This document shows positions 30,001-39,861 of a stretch of 64,000 nucleotides of DNA, in pieces. The stretch is from Eledone cirrhosa (taxonomy: Eukaryota). Location: contig OZ024744.1 in assembly GCA_964016885.1 (NCBI GenBank), positions 106,764,001 through 106,828,000 of the forward strand, given 5' to 3'. Below the pieces are notes generated by a model, which saw only the letters and a list, made by a program, of their open reading frames with translations, did no database searches and had not been told where the DNA came from. Both the position numbers and the translations under genes were made by a program. The stretch's first letter is position 1; every line of letters begins with the position of its first letter.

Positions 30001-31645
30001 CTGACTTCCAACCAGTTTGTTGTAAGGTGGGTGAGAAGGAAGTGCTTCCTTCCAACCATTTTGTTGTAATGTGGGTGAGAGGGAAGTGCTGCCTTCCAAC
30101 CTCTTTGTTTTAAGGTGGGTGAGAGGGAAGTGCTGACTTCCAACCAGTTTGTTGTAAAGTGGGTGAGAGGGAAGTGCTGCCTTCCAACCAATTTGTTGTA
30201 AAGTGGGTGAGAGGGAAGTGCTGCCTTACAACCAGTTTGTTGTAAGGTGGGTGAAAGGGAAGTGCTGCCTTCCATCTAGTTTGTTGTAAGGTGGGTGAGA
30301 GGGAAGTGCTGCCTTCCAACCAGTTTGTCGTAACTTGGGTGAGAGGGAAGTGCTGCCTTCCAACCAGTTTGTTGTAACTTGGGTGAGAGGCAAGTCCTGC
30401 CTTCCAACCAGTTTGTTGTAACTTTGGTGAGAGGGAAGTGCTGCCTTCCAACCAGTTTGTTGTAAGGGGCTGAGAGGGAAGTGCTATCTTCCAACCTATT
30501 ATTTGTAAAGTGGGTGGGTGAGAAGGAAGTGCTGCCTTCCAACCTGTTTGTTGTAAGATGGGTGAGAGGGAAGTGCTGCCTCCAACCAGTTTCTTGTAAA
30601 GTAGGTAGGTGAGAGGGAAGTGCTGCCTTCCAACCAGTTTGCTGTAAGGTGGGTGAGAGGGAAGTGCTGCCTTCCAACCTATTTATTGTAAAGTGTGTGG
30701 GTGAGAGGGAAGTGCTGCCTTCCAACCAGTTTGTTGTAAGATGGGTGAGAGGGAAGTGCTGCATTCCAACCAGTTTTTTGTCAAGTGGTGGGTGAGAGGG
30801 AAGTGCTGCCTTCCAACCAGTTTATTGTAAGGTGGATAAGAGGGAAGTGCTGCCTTCCAACCTGTTTGTTGTAAGGTGGGTGAGAGGGAAGTGCTGCCTT
30901 CCAACCAGTTTGTTGTAAGGTGGGTGAGAGGGAAGTGCTACCTTACAACCAGTTTGTTGTAAGGTGGGTGAGAGGGAAGTTCTGCCTCCCAACCAGTTTG
31001 TTGTAAAGTGGGTGGGTGAGAGGGAAGTGCTGCCTGCCAACCTGTTTGTTGTAAGGTGGGTGAGAGGGAAGTGCTGCCTTCTAACCAGTTTGTTGTAAGG
31101 TGGGTGAGAGGGAAGTGCTGCCTTCCAACCTGTTTGTTGTAAGGTGGGTGAGTGGGAAGTGCTGCCTTCCAACCAGTTTGTTGTAAGGTGGGTGAGAGGG
31201 AAGTGCTACCTTCCAACCAGTTTGTTGTATGGTGGGTGAGAGGGAAGTGCTGCCTTCCAACCAGTTTGTTGTAAGGTGGGTGAGAGGGAAATGGTGCCTT
31301 CTAACCTGTTTGTTGTAAAATGGGTGGGTGAGAGGGAAGTGCTGCCTTACAACCAGTTTGTTGTAAAGTGGGTGAGAGGAAAGTGCTGCCTTCCAACCAG
31401 TTTGTTGTAAGGTGGGTGAGAGGGAATTGGTGCCTTCTAACCTGTTTGTTGTAAAATGGGTGGGTGGGAAGTGCTGCCTTCCAACCAGTTTGTTGTAAGG
31501 TGGGTGAGAGGGAAATGGTGCCTTCTAACCTGTTTGTTGTAAAATGGGTGGGTGAGAGGGAAGTGCTGCCTTACAACCATTTTGTTGTAAAGTGGGTGAG
31601 AGGGAAGTGCTGCCTTCCAACCAGTTTGGTGTAAAGTGGGTGAGA
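1..31645. repeat. 44-bp tandem satellite, about 700 monomers, consensus CCTTCCAACCAGTTTGTTGTAAGGTGGGTGAGAGGGAAGTGCTG, with 48-bp (+GGGT) variants and multi-kb higher-order duplications; runs off the left edge of the window
   Basis: Monomer read directly and continuous to about 31645. Near-identical ORF translations recur at offsets of 4910 (4626 vs 9536), 4733 (7134 vs 11867), 3706 (220 vs 3926) and 2848 (20881 vs 23729). Confidence 0.98.
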
Positions 31646-31955
31646 ACGGTGAACATGGTCCATGTGAATGGGCCTGCCTTGTGTATACACCTGTAGATTG
31701 GAGTAGAAAGACTGGGAGAGGGCACTTTGCCGTAGAGGACAAGGTGACTGTGGTTTTTGTGGGATTTCTACACTATTGACCCTTAGAGTCTCCTCAACTT
31801 TGGGGAAGTTTTTTGTTTTAAATGTTTATTTTAGTCTCTTTTATAAATTCTGTTTTACACAAAGAAAGCCCCACACCGCATCGTCCTGTACCGTCTTTAA
31901 TATTTCCCTAATGTGAACCCTGTGTGGTTAATAAAGAAATTATTATTATTATTAT
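31598..31955 (+). mobile_element. 3' end of a non-LTR retrotransposon (probably Tx1/L1-like): ORF C-terminus, 3' UTR, polyA signal and (ATT)n tail, fused to the last satellite monomer
   Basis: Frame 31598-31696 reads EREVLPSNQFGVKWVRTVNMVHVNGPALCIHL*. It is followed by about 230 bp of T-rich UTR-like sequence, AATAAA at 31930-31935 and (ATT)n at about 31939-31955. The Tx1 assignment is from recalled similarity to cephalopod Tx1 ORF2 ends, not from a search. Confidence 0.6.
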
Positions 31956-32029
31956 CTTTCATTTATACAGTAATGATTCTTATTAACAGCGGATCCTTTA
32001 ACTGACTTCCTATAAAGTTATGTATCCTC

Positions 32030-33260
32030 AGATAGAAAGTACTACTTTCCGCAGGATATTACTGTTCCCCAAATTGTTATTTTCTGCCCATGTCTTTCTT
32101 GGTCTTCTGCTACTGGAATTTCTTGGCACTTCTTCACTCATGAACATCACATGCCCATACCAATACATGCACACTACATCGGATTCATCTTATACCCAGT
32201 TTCTCTCAGTTCATCCATGCTTTGTTAATCATGCACGTCCATCAAAGCATGCTCACTTCATTTCTCTCCAGCTTTCACATGTCCTCTACAGTCACTGCCC
32301 ATGTCTCACTACCATGTAGTATCACACATCACACACAGACATCATACAGCCGACCTTTCATTCATTGGGAGAAATCTTTTGTTTTCAACAGAGGAAGTAG
32401 CTCTCTAAACTCCTTCCATCCTGTTCTTATTCTAACTACTATGCTCTTGGAATACCCGCTCCAGAACTAATTATATTACCTAGGTAGCAGAAGCTATCAA
32501 CCACTTCTATGGATCCTTCCAATTGACCCTGAACATCTACTACATAGAAAGTCTGCCTGCTATCCCACAACACCACTTGTGTACCCAAAATTTGTATTTT
32601 CTACATCATTCTGCCAACTTCTGTATAACAAGCAAGTATTAGGGTATTAGAGTCCTGTCTTCTTTCCTACTTAGTAACACTTCAGTTTTTCTAAGTTTAC
32701 TCTCATCCCTTTTGATTCCAAATTCTGCCTCCACAGCTGTTATTTATTCTCTAGTTCTTCAACAGATTCAGCTATAAGGACCAGAAGTTCCTATGGACAG
32801 TTAGTCTTAAACTCCTCTGTTATAGCCTGGAGAACTATAGATAGCAGAAGTGGACTGAAGACCAAACCCAAATGAACTCCTACCTTGAATTCTACACTAA
32901 ACTTCCTACTCTCACTTTACTGACAGCCCCTCTGTACATGGCTTGCACTGCCCTCACCAACCATTCTTCTACACATAATTTCCTTCAGGACCACCAGATG
33001 ACAGATCGAAGTATACTATCAAAGGCCTTTAATAGATCAACAAAAGCTAAATATAGTGACTTATTCTTGGCTAGGAACTTCTCTTGTAGTTACCTCACTA
33101 AGAAGAGAGCATTTGGAGTACTTTTCCCAGGTATGAAACCAAACTACATCTCATCTAATTTGACTCTTTCCCTAATTACTATGATATAACTCTTTCTCTC
33201 ACTTTTATAACTTGGTTCATTAATTTTATTCCCCTGTAGTTGTTCTATTCTAGAGGACCA
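32030..33260 (-). mobile_element. Degraded RTE-clade LINE, reverse transcriptase and C-terminal region
   Basis: Minus-strand translation with stops and frameshifts gives IVLQAITEEFKT.CP.ELL, EVVDSFCYLG, RIRTGWKEFRELLPLL, KGRLYDVCV, LHGSETWAVTVEDM.KLERNE, typical of RTE ORFs. Boundaries approximate. Confidence 0.8.
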
Positions 33261-33503
33261 TCTTCACCCTTGTAGCAATTTATGATTGTACTGCTGTGCC
33301 AGTCATTGGGTATGAGGCCTTCTCAGCTTTATAACTAGATTTGCTCCCAACCAACCAGTCATAAGTTGATATGGTTGTAGATTGAAGACTCATGATTTGG
33401 GAGGAGAGGGCTAATTATATGCAATAATCATAAGTACTATGTAACTAATACACTTAATTTTATGTTGTTTATATATATATTTATATATATATATATATAT
33501 ATA

Positions 33504-33941
33504 TGTAGCGACCCCTTATGGCTGGAACTCAGAACGTATAAGAGTTGCGTCCCTTTGTGACGGTTGTGACCCCTAGTGGTACATCCATGAACTAAATGGA
33601 GTTACGTCCCCATGGTGACTATATATTTGAGAACTTGAGGCCATTCACTCTCTCACTTCCTATGCTGCAGCTGAAAGGACCACTTCAACCTTATGAAGAG
33701 AAGATTTCTGCTTTCTCTCCCTAGAGACGAATCCTGTCTTATGAAGAGACGACTCCTGTCTTCTCTCTCTCTTCTCTACACGCTCCAGTCTGGGAGTTGA
33801 GACCAACTCACCACCACGACACGTGGTAAAAATGTTTCTATTATTATTATTAGACTTCTGTGAAGTAAAACTATTGTACAAACATGCACCAGCCATTATT
33901 GTTCTTTTTAATAATATATACACTGATACTAACCTTCTAAA
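33504..33941 (+). repeat. 5' LTR
   Basis: Starts TGTAGCGACCCC and matches 38579-38991 apart from about 8 substitutions and a 22-bp insertion (ATGAAGAGACGACTCCTGTCTT). Ends ...AACCTTCTAAA. Confidence 0.93.
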
Positions 33942-33942
33942 T

Positions 33943-33956
33943 TGGTGACACCAAGA
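33943..33956 (+). promoter_or_regulatory. Primer-binding site, degenerate, tRNA-Trp-like
   Basis: TGGTGACACCAAGA immediately after the 5' LTR. The first 7 nt match the tRNA-Trp PBS (TGGTGACCCCGACG) used by CsRn1-type elements. Confidence 0.6.
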
Positions 33957-34158
33957 AAAAAAATGGGAGGCGGTATTATGTGTATATATAAAACAGAAAA
34001 AAAAAAAGAAAGAAAAAACATTTAATACAGAACAACACGCTTCATTCTGATCTGGTTATATTTTACTGATTTCAGCATCTTTCTCTGTAACATTTAACCA
34101 TCAAACTCCTCATATGTGCAAAGCGAACATTCCAATTATTTACACACATAAAAAAAAA

Positions 34159-34192
<34 letters not shown>

Positions 34193-34512
34193 TAATATTG
34201 CTGCTAGCTTCCTAGCAAAACAGAACAATTGTATGAATGTATTTTCTTCTTTTCTTTGGCTAAAAATTTTTGAGGATGACAAGATGGCGTGAAATCGTCC
34301 GCCTTATTGGTTTTCGTTTTAAATTCCCTGCCTATGTATTATTAATGCTATCGCTCGGTTAGTCGCTCCTTTACATGTTGTCTCGGATGCATTCTTTTTC
34401 CTGTCCAGTTGTTTGACAGAGAAAAACAAGCGAATTTGTTTTCTTTTTCCCTGGTGTTGGAGATATTTTTCCAAACGGAGACAAATTTTGGCCGTTTACC
34501 TACGGTATACCA

Positions 34513-35297
34513 ATGGCATCTCATTCTGTTCTACCTACGTACACGGGCGACGTAAGGTTATGGTTCACCCAACTCGAAGCATTTTTCGAGGTGAACACAA
34601 TCGACGAGGCACAACAACGTCCCCTAGTCCTTAGTGCAATTCCGCCGACACTTATCCCAGCGATTAAGGACCTGGTGTTAGATACACCTACCGACGCGAC
34701 GTACAAGTCTCTGAAGGCTGAAATACTCAGCCGAACTGCATAATCCGCAGAAAAAAGATTTAGGGCTCTGGTCTATCTGGAGCATATTGGTGATGGCACC
34801 CCATCGAACCTTTTAAGGCGAATGAAGGACCTAACGGAGGGGGTCGGTAGAGGAATCTGCCATGTTGAAGCAGTTGTTCTTCTTGCGCCTACCAACCAAG
34901 GTACAGGCATTTTTGGCCCCCATTAGGGATACTTGCACGGTGGATCAGCTTGCCGCCTCTGCGGACAAAGTTTTCGAAGTCACGGGTGCTGGAGGCAGCG
35001 AAGCCCTTGCCGCTGTTTCCCAACCAGCTCAGGCCACACCTGGTCATGCCATCTGTGCCACAACTCCTACAGACAGCTCAGCCATTATGGCGATGCAGAG
35101 GGCCATTCAGGAACTCACCCTGGAGCTCCAGAAGATGAAGGTCTGGTGTGGTGCCCGTTTGCGCTCGCGCAGCCGCGGGAGATCTCATTCTTTTAGACTC
35201 CGTCCCAGGTCACCAGCTTCATCTTTATGCTGGTACCATGAGCATTTTGCTGAGAATGCGAACCACTGCGGCGGGAAACGCCAAAGAGGTCCGCTGA
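34513..35297 (+). pseudogene. gag: Gypsy gag, disrupted by an in-frame TAA at 34741-34743 and a frameshift near 34850
   Basis: MASHSVLPTYTGDVRLWFTQLEAFF..., continuing past the stop as SAEKRFRAL...GDGTPSNLLRRMKDL, then [10 protein letters not shown]; RSRSRGRS tract; C-X2-H-X9-C motif [14 protein letters not shown]. Confidence 0.85.
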
Positions 35298-38200
35298 CGG
35301 AGGCAGTTGACCTCAGCATAAAGCCACCAAACCGCCATTTCTTCATTAAGGTCCTTATGTCAAGAAGAGGTTTCCTCATGGATACAGGGGCCTCCTGTAG
35401 TATTTGGCCGGTCCATTGCCTGAAAGATACCCCCGTGGAGTCATCCGTTACTCTGCAGGCCATTAACCACTCGTCTATAAAGATGTACGGACAAATCTTG
35501 CTTCCTCTCAAATTCCTAAATCTTCATAGGGATTTTAAGTGGATTTTTACGGTCGCCGATTTGCCATACCCAATCTTAGGAGCGGATTTCCTCCACAACT
35601 TCTCTTTGACTGTGGACGTCCGTGGCCAATGCCTGGTGAGTGACATCACCGGTTTTTCAATTCGTGGCCGGAAAGCCAATGCTCCAACAGTCAACCCCAT
35701 ATTCTTCATCGCTGCCGCTGGAGACGCCTACCATTCGTTGCTGGGTTCTTTCCCGGAGCTCACCGATGGAAATTTTCGAGTCACTGAGCCAACACACTCA
35801 ACTGAACATTTCATTTCCACCACCGGTACTCCAGTGTTTTCGCGTCCACGCCGCTTACCAGCGGACAAATTAAAGGCAGCACGGTCCGAGTTCGACCATA
35901 TGCTGCAGCTGGGCATTATTCGCCCATCTACGAGTCCTTGGGCTTCACCGTTACACGTGGTGCCCAAGACTTCCGGCGACTGGAGACCCACTGGGGATTA
36001 TAGGAGGTTAAATGCCATGACCGTCCCGGATAGGTATCCCATTCCCCATCTCCAGGATTTCGCATCTTCATTGCAGGGGTGTAAGATTTTCTCAAAACTA
36101 GATATAGTGCGAGCCTACCACCAAATTCCGGTCAGGAAGGAGGATATTCCGAAAACGGCGATTACAACTCCTTTCGGATCCTTCAAATTTTTTACCATGC
36201 CTTTCGGACTCAGGAACGCCGCTAGCACTTTTCAGCGGTTCATAGACGAAGTCACTCGTGGTCTGGTCTTCGTTTATGCATACATAGACGATCTTCTCGT
36301 CGCTAGTTCCTGTCCGGAAGAGCAAATGCGCCACATGCATCTCTTATTTCGGCAACTTCAGGATTACCGCGTTCGTGTGAATCCCGCAAAGTGTGTTTTC
36401 GGTTCCGCTTCGCTAAATTTTTTAGGTCACCTCATCGACACCGAAGGTATTAGGCCCCTTCCTCAGCGAGTTCAAGCTATACAGGATTTACCTCTGCCTA
36501 CTACACTTCACCAGTTGCGTCACTTCTTAGGCCTAATCAATTTCTATAGGCGTTTCGTTCCTCATTGTGCTAATTTGCTATCTTCCCTTACCGACATTTT
36601 GAAAAATCGTCGTAAGAAGAATGAGGATATTTCCTTGACACAAGGACAGCTCAAAGACTTCCAGACTGCCAAGACAGCACTTGCTAATTCATCTTCGCTA
36701 GCCCACCCGGTACCAGAGGCCAAGCTTTCGCTTTGTGTTGATGCATCTGATACTGCTGTGGGAGCAGTTTTACAACAGTATAATGCTGGAAACCAACAAC
36801 CTTTGGCATTTTTCTCAAGGAAGCTGAAACCAGCAGAAACGCGTTACAGCATGTTTGGGCGGGAATTATTAGCCATATATCTGTCGGTGAAACATTTCTC
36901 TCATATTCTTGAGGGGAGAAATTTTACTGTTTTAACTGACCACAAACCTCTGACCTTCGCTTTGAGGGCTAAAGCCGACAAATATTCACCCAGAAAGACA
37001 AGGCACCTGGATTACATTTCGCAATCACAAATGATATCCAGCACATTGCTGGCTCGCTTAACACAGCTGCAGACGCATTGTCACGTTTGCCAAACAGCTC
37101 CATCTCGTCATCCCAGGAAATCGACTTAAGTTGTTTAGCTGCAGACCAACCTGCACTCCAATTGTTGGATACTCAATCTGCCGAGTTTGCGACTTGCATC
37201 TTCAAATATCTGCCCTTGTCGACCACCGACAGGCAGATTCTATGTGATGTATCTACAGATTCACCACGACCTTATGTTCCTAAGACTCACCGTCGAATTG
37301 TGTTCCTTGCTTTGTACAACATTTCTCACCCAGGAATTTCAGCCACAGTAAAGCTCATAACAGCTAGATTTTTCTGGCCCAATATGAGGCGAGAAATTAC
37401 TGTCTGGTGCCGTTCCTGCATACAGTGTCAAAAATAAAAGTCCACAGAGACATCCGGACTCCACTTGGTACTTTCAGTACTCCAGATGCTCGTTTTCAAC
37501 ACATCCACATTGATATCGTTGGACCTTGGCCATTCAGCAGTGGATATTCGTACCTCTTGACCTGTATCGATCGTTTTTCGCGATGGCCTGAAGCCATCCC
37601 CTTAAAGGACATTACCGATGAGACTATAGCGCATGCCCTGGTATCAGGGTGGATTACCCGTTTTGGGGTACCAACTACAGTCACCACAGACCGTGGTAGA
37701 CAAGTTGAGTCTCATCTCTTCTCTGAGCTGACAAAGATCTTTGGTGCTCAACGTATTCGGACCACACCTTATCATCCTGCTTCAAACGGAATGGTGGAAC
37801 GATTCCACCGCCAATTAAAGGCCGCTCTTCCCGCCTATCCAGACTCTCAACGTTGGAGCGAGTACCTTCCTATTGTGTTGTTAGGAATTCGGTCATCAAT
37901 AAAGGAGGACCTTGGCTTCTCCCCGGCCGAATTACTGTATGGTGCTCCTCTAACGTTGCCTGGGCAAATGCTTGCTCCTGTTGATCTTGCTTTCCAGGAC
38001 CCTGTTTCCTACGTATCTCGTTTGCGTTCCTATTTTCAGGACTTACCGCCCATGAATACTAGGAAACAAACTATTAAAGCTGCAGTCCCGAGGGATATTG
38101 CCTCGTGGACACATCTTTGTCAGAAACGATGCGGTTAGTTCACCTCTCACACAACCGTACTCTGGACCCTACTGTGTTAGCACGTACTGACAAACATTTC

Positions 38201-38419
38201 ACAGTAGGCATTAAGGGGTCCAGCGAGACAATTTCGGTGCATAGATTAAAAAGGGCATACACTGACGCTCATACATCCGAGCCACAAATACCCCAATCTT
38301 TCTCTATTGTGTATACACCTGCTCCTTCTGCCCCACCTTCACCTACATACAAGATCACGACCCGTTCCGGTCGAAAAGTCCACTGGCCCCCAAAACTCTG
38401 CCAAACTGTTTTTATGTGA
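35273..38419 (+). pseudogene. pol: Gypsy pol (protease, RT, RNase H, integrase) with frameshifts near 37025, 37435 and 38110
   Basis: Protease FLMDTGAS; [28 protein letters not shown]; RNase H CVDASD..RELLAI..TDHKPL; integrase Zn region HPG..CIQCQ and core [20 protein letters not shown]; C-terminal TRSGR. Confidence 0.95.
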
Positions 38420-38566
38420 ACTGGCCACTGGAGCCTTTTTTGTTTTTCTTTTATTGAACTATGTATACATGTACCTTTTTATTTTTCATTACTATTTCAT
38501 GCATGTGCTTGCATCCCATGCTTGTGGGTTCGCTACAATTACCTTCGGGCTTTTCACCTATCGTCT

Positions 38567-38578
38567 GGAGGAGGGTAC
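38567..38578 (+). promoter_or_regulatory. Polypurine tract
   Basis: GGAGGAGGG-TAC directly before the TG of the 3' LTR. Confidence 0.8.
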
Positions 38579-38988
38579 TGTAGTGACCCCTTACGGCTGG
38601 AACTCAGAACGTATAAGAGTTGCGTCCCTTTGTGATGGGCGTGACCCCTAGTGGTACATCCACGAACTAAATGGAGTTACGTCCCCATGGTGACTATATA
38701 TTTGAGAACTTGAGGCCATTCACTCTCTCACTTCCTACGCTGCAGCTGAAAGGACCACTTCAACCTTATGAAGAGAAGATTTCTGCTTTCTCTCCCTAGA
38801 GATGAATCCTGTCTTCTCTCTCTCTTCTCTACACGCTCCAGTCTGGGAGTTGAGACCAACTCACCACCACGACACGTGGTAAAAATGTTTCTATTATTAT
38901 TATTAGACTTCTGTGAAGTAAAACTATTGTACAAACATGCACCAGCCATTATTGTTCTTTTTAATAATATATACACTGATACTAACCT

Positions 38989-38991
<3 letters not shown>
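38579..38991 (+). repeat. 3' LTR
   Basis: Starts TGTAGTGACCCC, matches the 5' LTR, and its end merges into (CT)n(TA)n. Confidence 0.93.
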
Positions 38992-39025
<34 letters not shown>

Positions 39026-39061
39026 GTGTAGGAACACATACTTTTATATATATATATATAT

Positions 39062-39205
39062 GGAGGCACATGGCTTAGTGGTTAGAGCATTGGCCTTGCA
39101 ATCGAAAGGTTGTGAGTTCAATTCTCAGACCGGGTGATGTGTTGTTTCCTTGAGCAAGGCACTTTATTTCACATTGCTCCAGTTTACTCAGCTGTAGAAA
39201 TGAGA
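39062..39205 (+). mobile_element. tRNA-derived SINE (5' part)
   Basis: Pol III box A TGGCTTAGTGG and box B GAGTTCAATTC, then TCCTTGAGCAAGGCACTTTA central domain. A related copy lies at 54277. Confidence 0.75.
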
Positions 39206-39249
39206 TGATAGGGACTGGGGTCCATATCATTCCACTGCAAAGTGGTCGT

Positions 39250-39397
39250 GGAGGTGCCACGGCAAAAAAGCACCCAGCACTCACTGTAAATGAGGTTGGT
39301 GTTAGGAAGGGCATCCAGCTGTAGAGATCAAGCCAGAATCAGTTCCCGCCCCACCCTTGCAAGCAGGGAAAAGCGGACGTAAAATGATGATGATATA
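39250..39397 (+). mobile_element. Retroelement 3' tail with (GAT)n end (RTE-type LINE/SINE tail)
   Basis: AAAAGCACCCAGCAC..GTTGGTGTTAGGAAGGGCATCCAGCTGTAGA..GGACGTAAAATGATGATGAT. Similar copies at 53850-54130 (+), 41715-41940 (-) and 60255-60320 (-). Confidence 0.65.
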
Positions 39398-39861
39398 TCA
39401 TTAAAGATCATCATCATCATCTTCTTTCCCAACAAGGGTTGGATAGGTTGTCAGCAGACTGGTTTGGTACACAAAGTGAAGGAAGTGACTTCTGAGCGAA
39501 CTAGGGTTCTGCATCCTGTTTATTTTCTTGCACCATACTGTGTTCTCAGATGTGCCAGTGGCCAGTGACTCATTTACATATGATGCCATGTGTTACTGAG
39601 TGCAGGGAGATTGTCAGGTTTTGACACAGCTAAACGGTCCTCCTGACTCTTTGTTTGGCAGGATTTCTATGTCTGGATATCCATCCTATCACCAACCACT
39701 TTACATATATTTAATTAACAATGCATATTTACCAGACATAGTTTCTGCCCCTTTGTCAATGAAACATTTGTAGGGAGACAGGGATAGTTGGATTTAACTG
39801 CTGAACCTTAATGGAAGCCAAGAGAAAATGTGCATGTGTAGAAATACAGATTTGTCCTAAT

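Larger units (their letters stand above)
33504..38991 (+). mobile_element. Full-length Ty3/Gypsy LTR retrotransposon, CsRn1-like lineage, non-functional, inserted in a (TA)n microsatellite
   Basis: Two near-identical LTRs, PBS, PPT and gag-PR-RT-RH-IN domain order. (TA)n lies on both sides. Confidence 0.96.

Noticed and set aside
1-31645. CRISPR array or telomeric repeat
   Set aside because: Monomers are contiguous with no unique spacers, there are no cas genes, the context is eukaryotic, and there are no TTAGGG runs.
220-31742. Over 150 overlapping minus-strand ORFs (MEGSTSLSPTLQQTGWKAALPSHP...)
   Set aside because: They are translations of the 44-bp satellite in all frames, mostly with non-ATG starts, random stops and no domain similarity.
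34862-37129. 755-aa ORF as an intact or domesticated gene
   Set aside because: It is part of an LTR-bounded element with an upstream stop, downstream frameshifts and a truncated knuckle.
33660-38976. Twin minus-strand ORFs MYILLKRTIMAG... (33660-33923 and 38728-38976)
   Set aside because: They are antisense frames of the two LTR copies.
39062-39135. tRNA gene
   Set aside because: A and B boxes are present but continue into a SINE body with related copies elsewhere; no convincing cloverleaf or acceptor stem.
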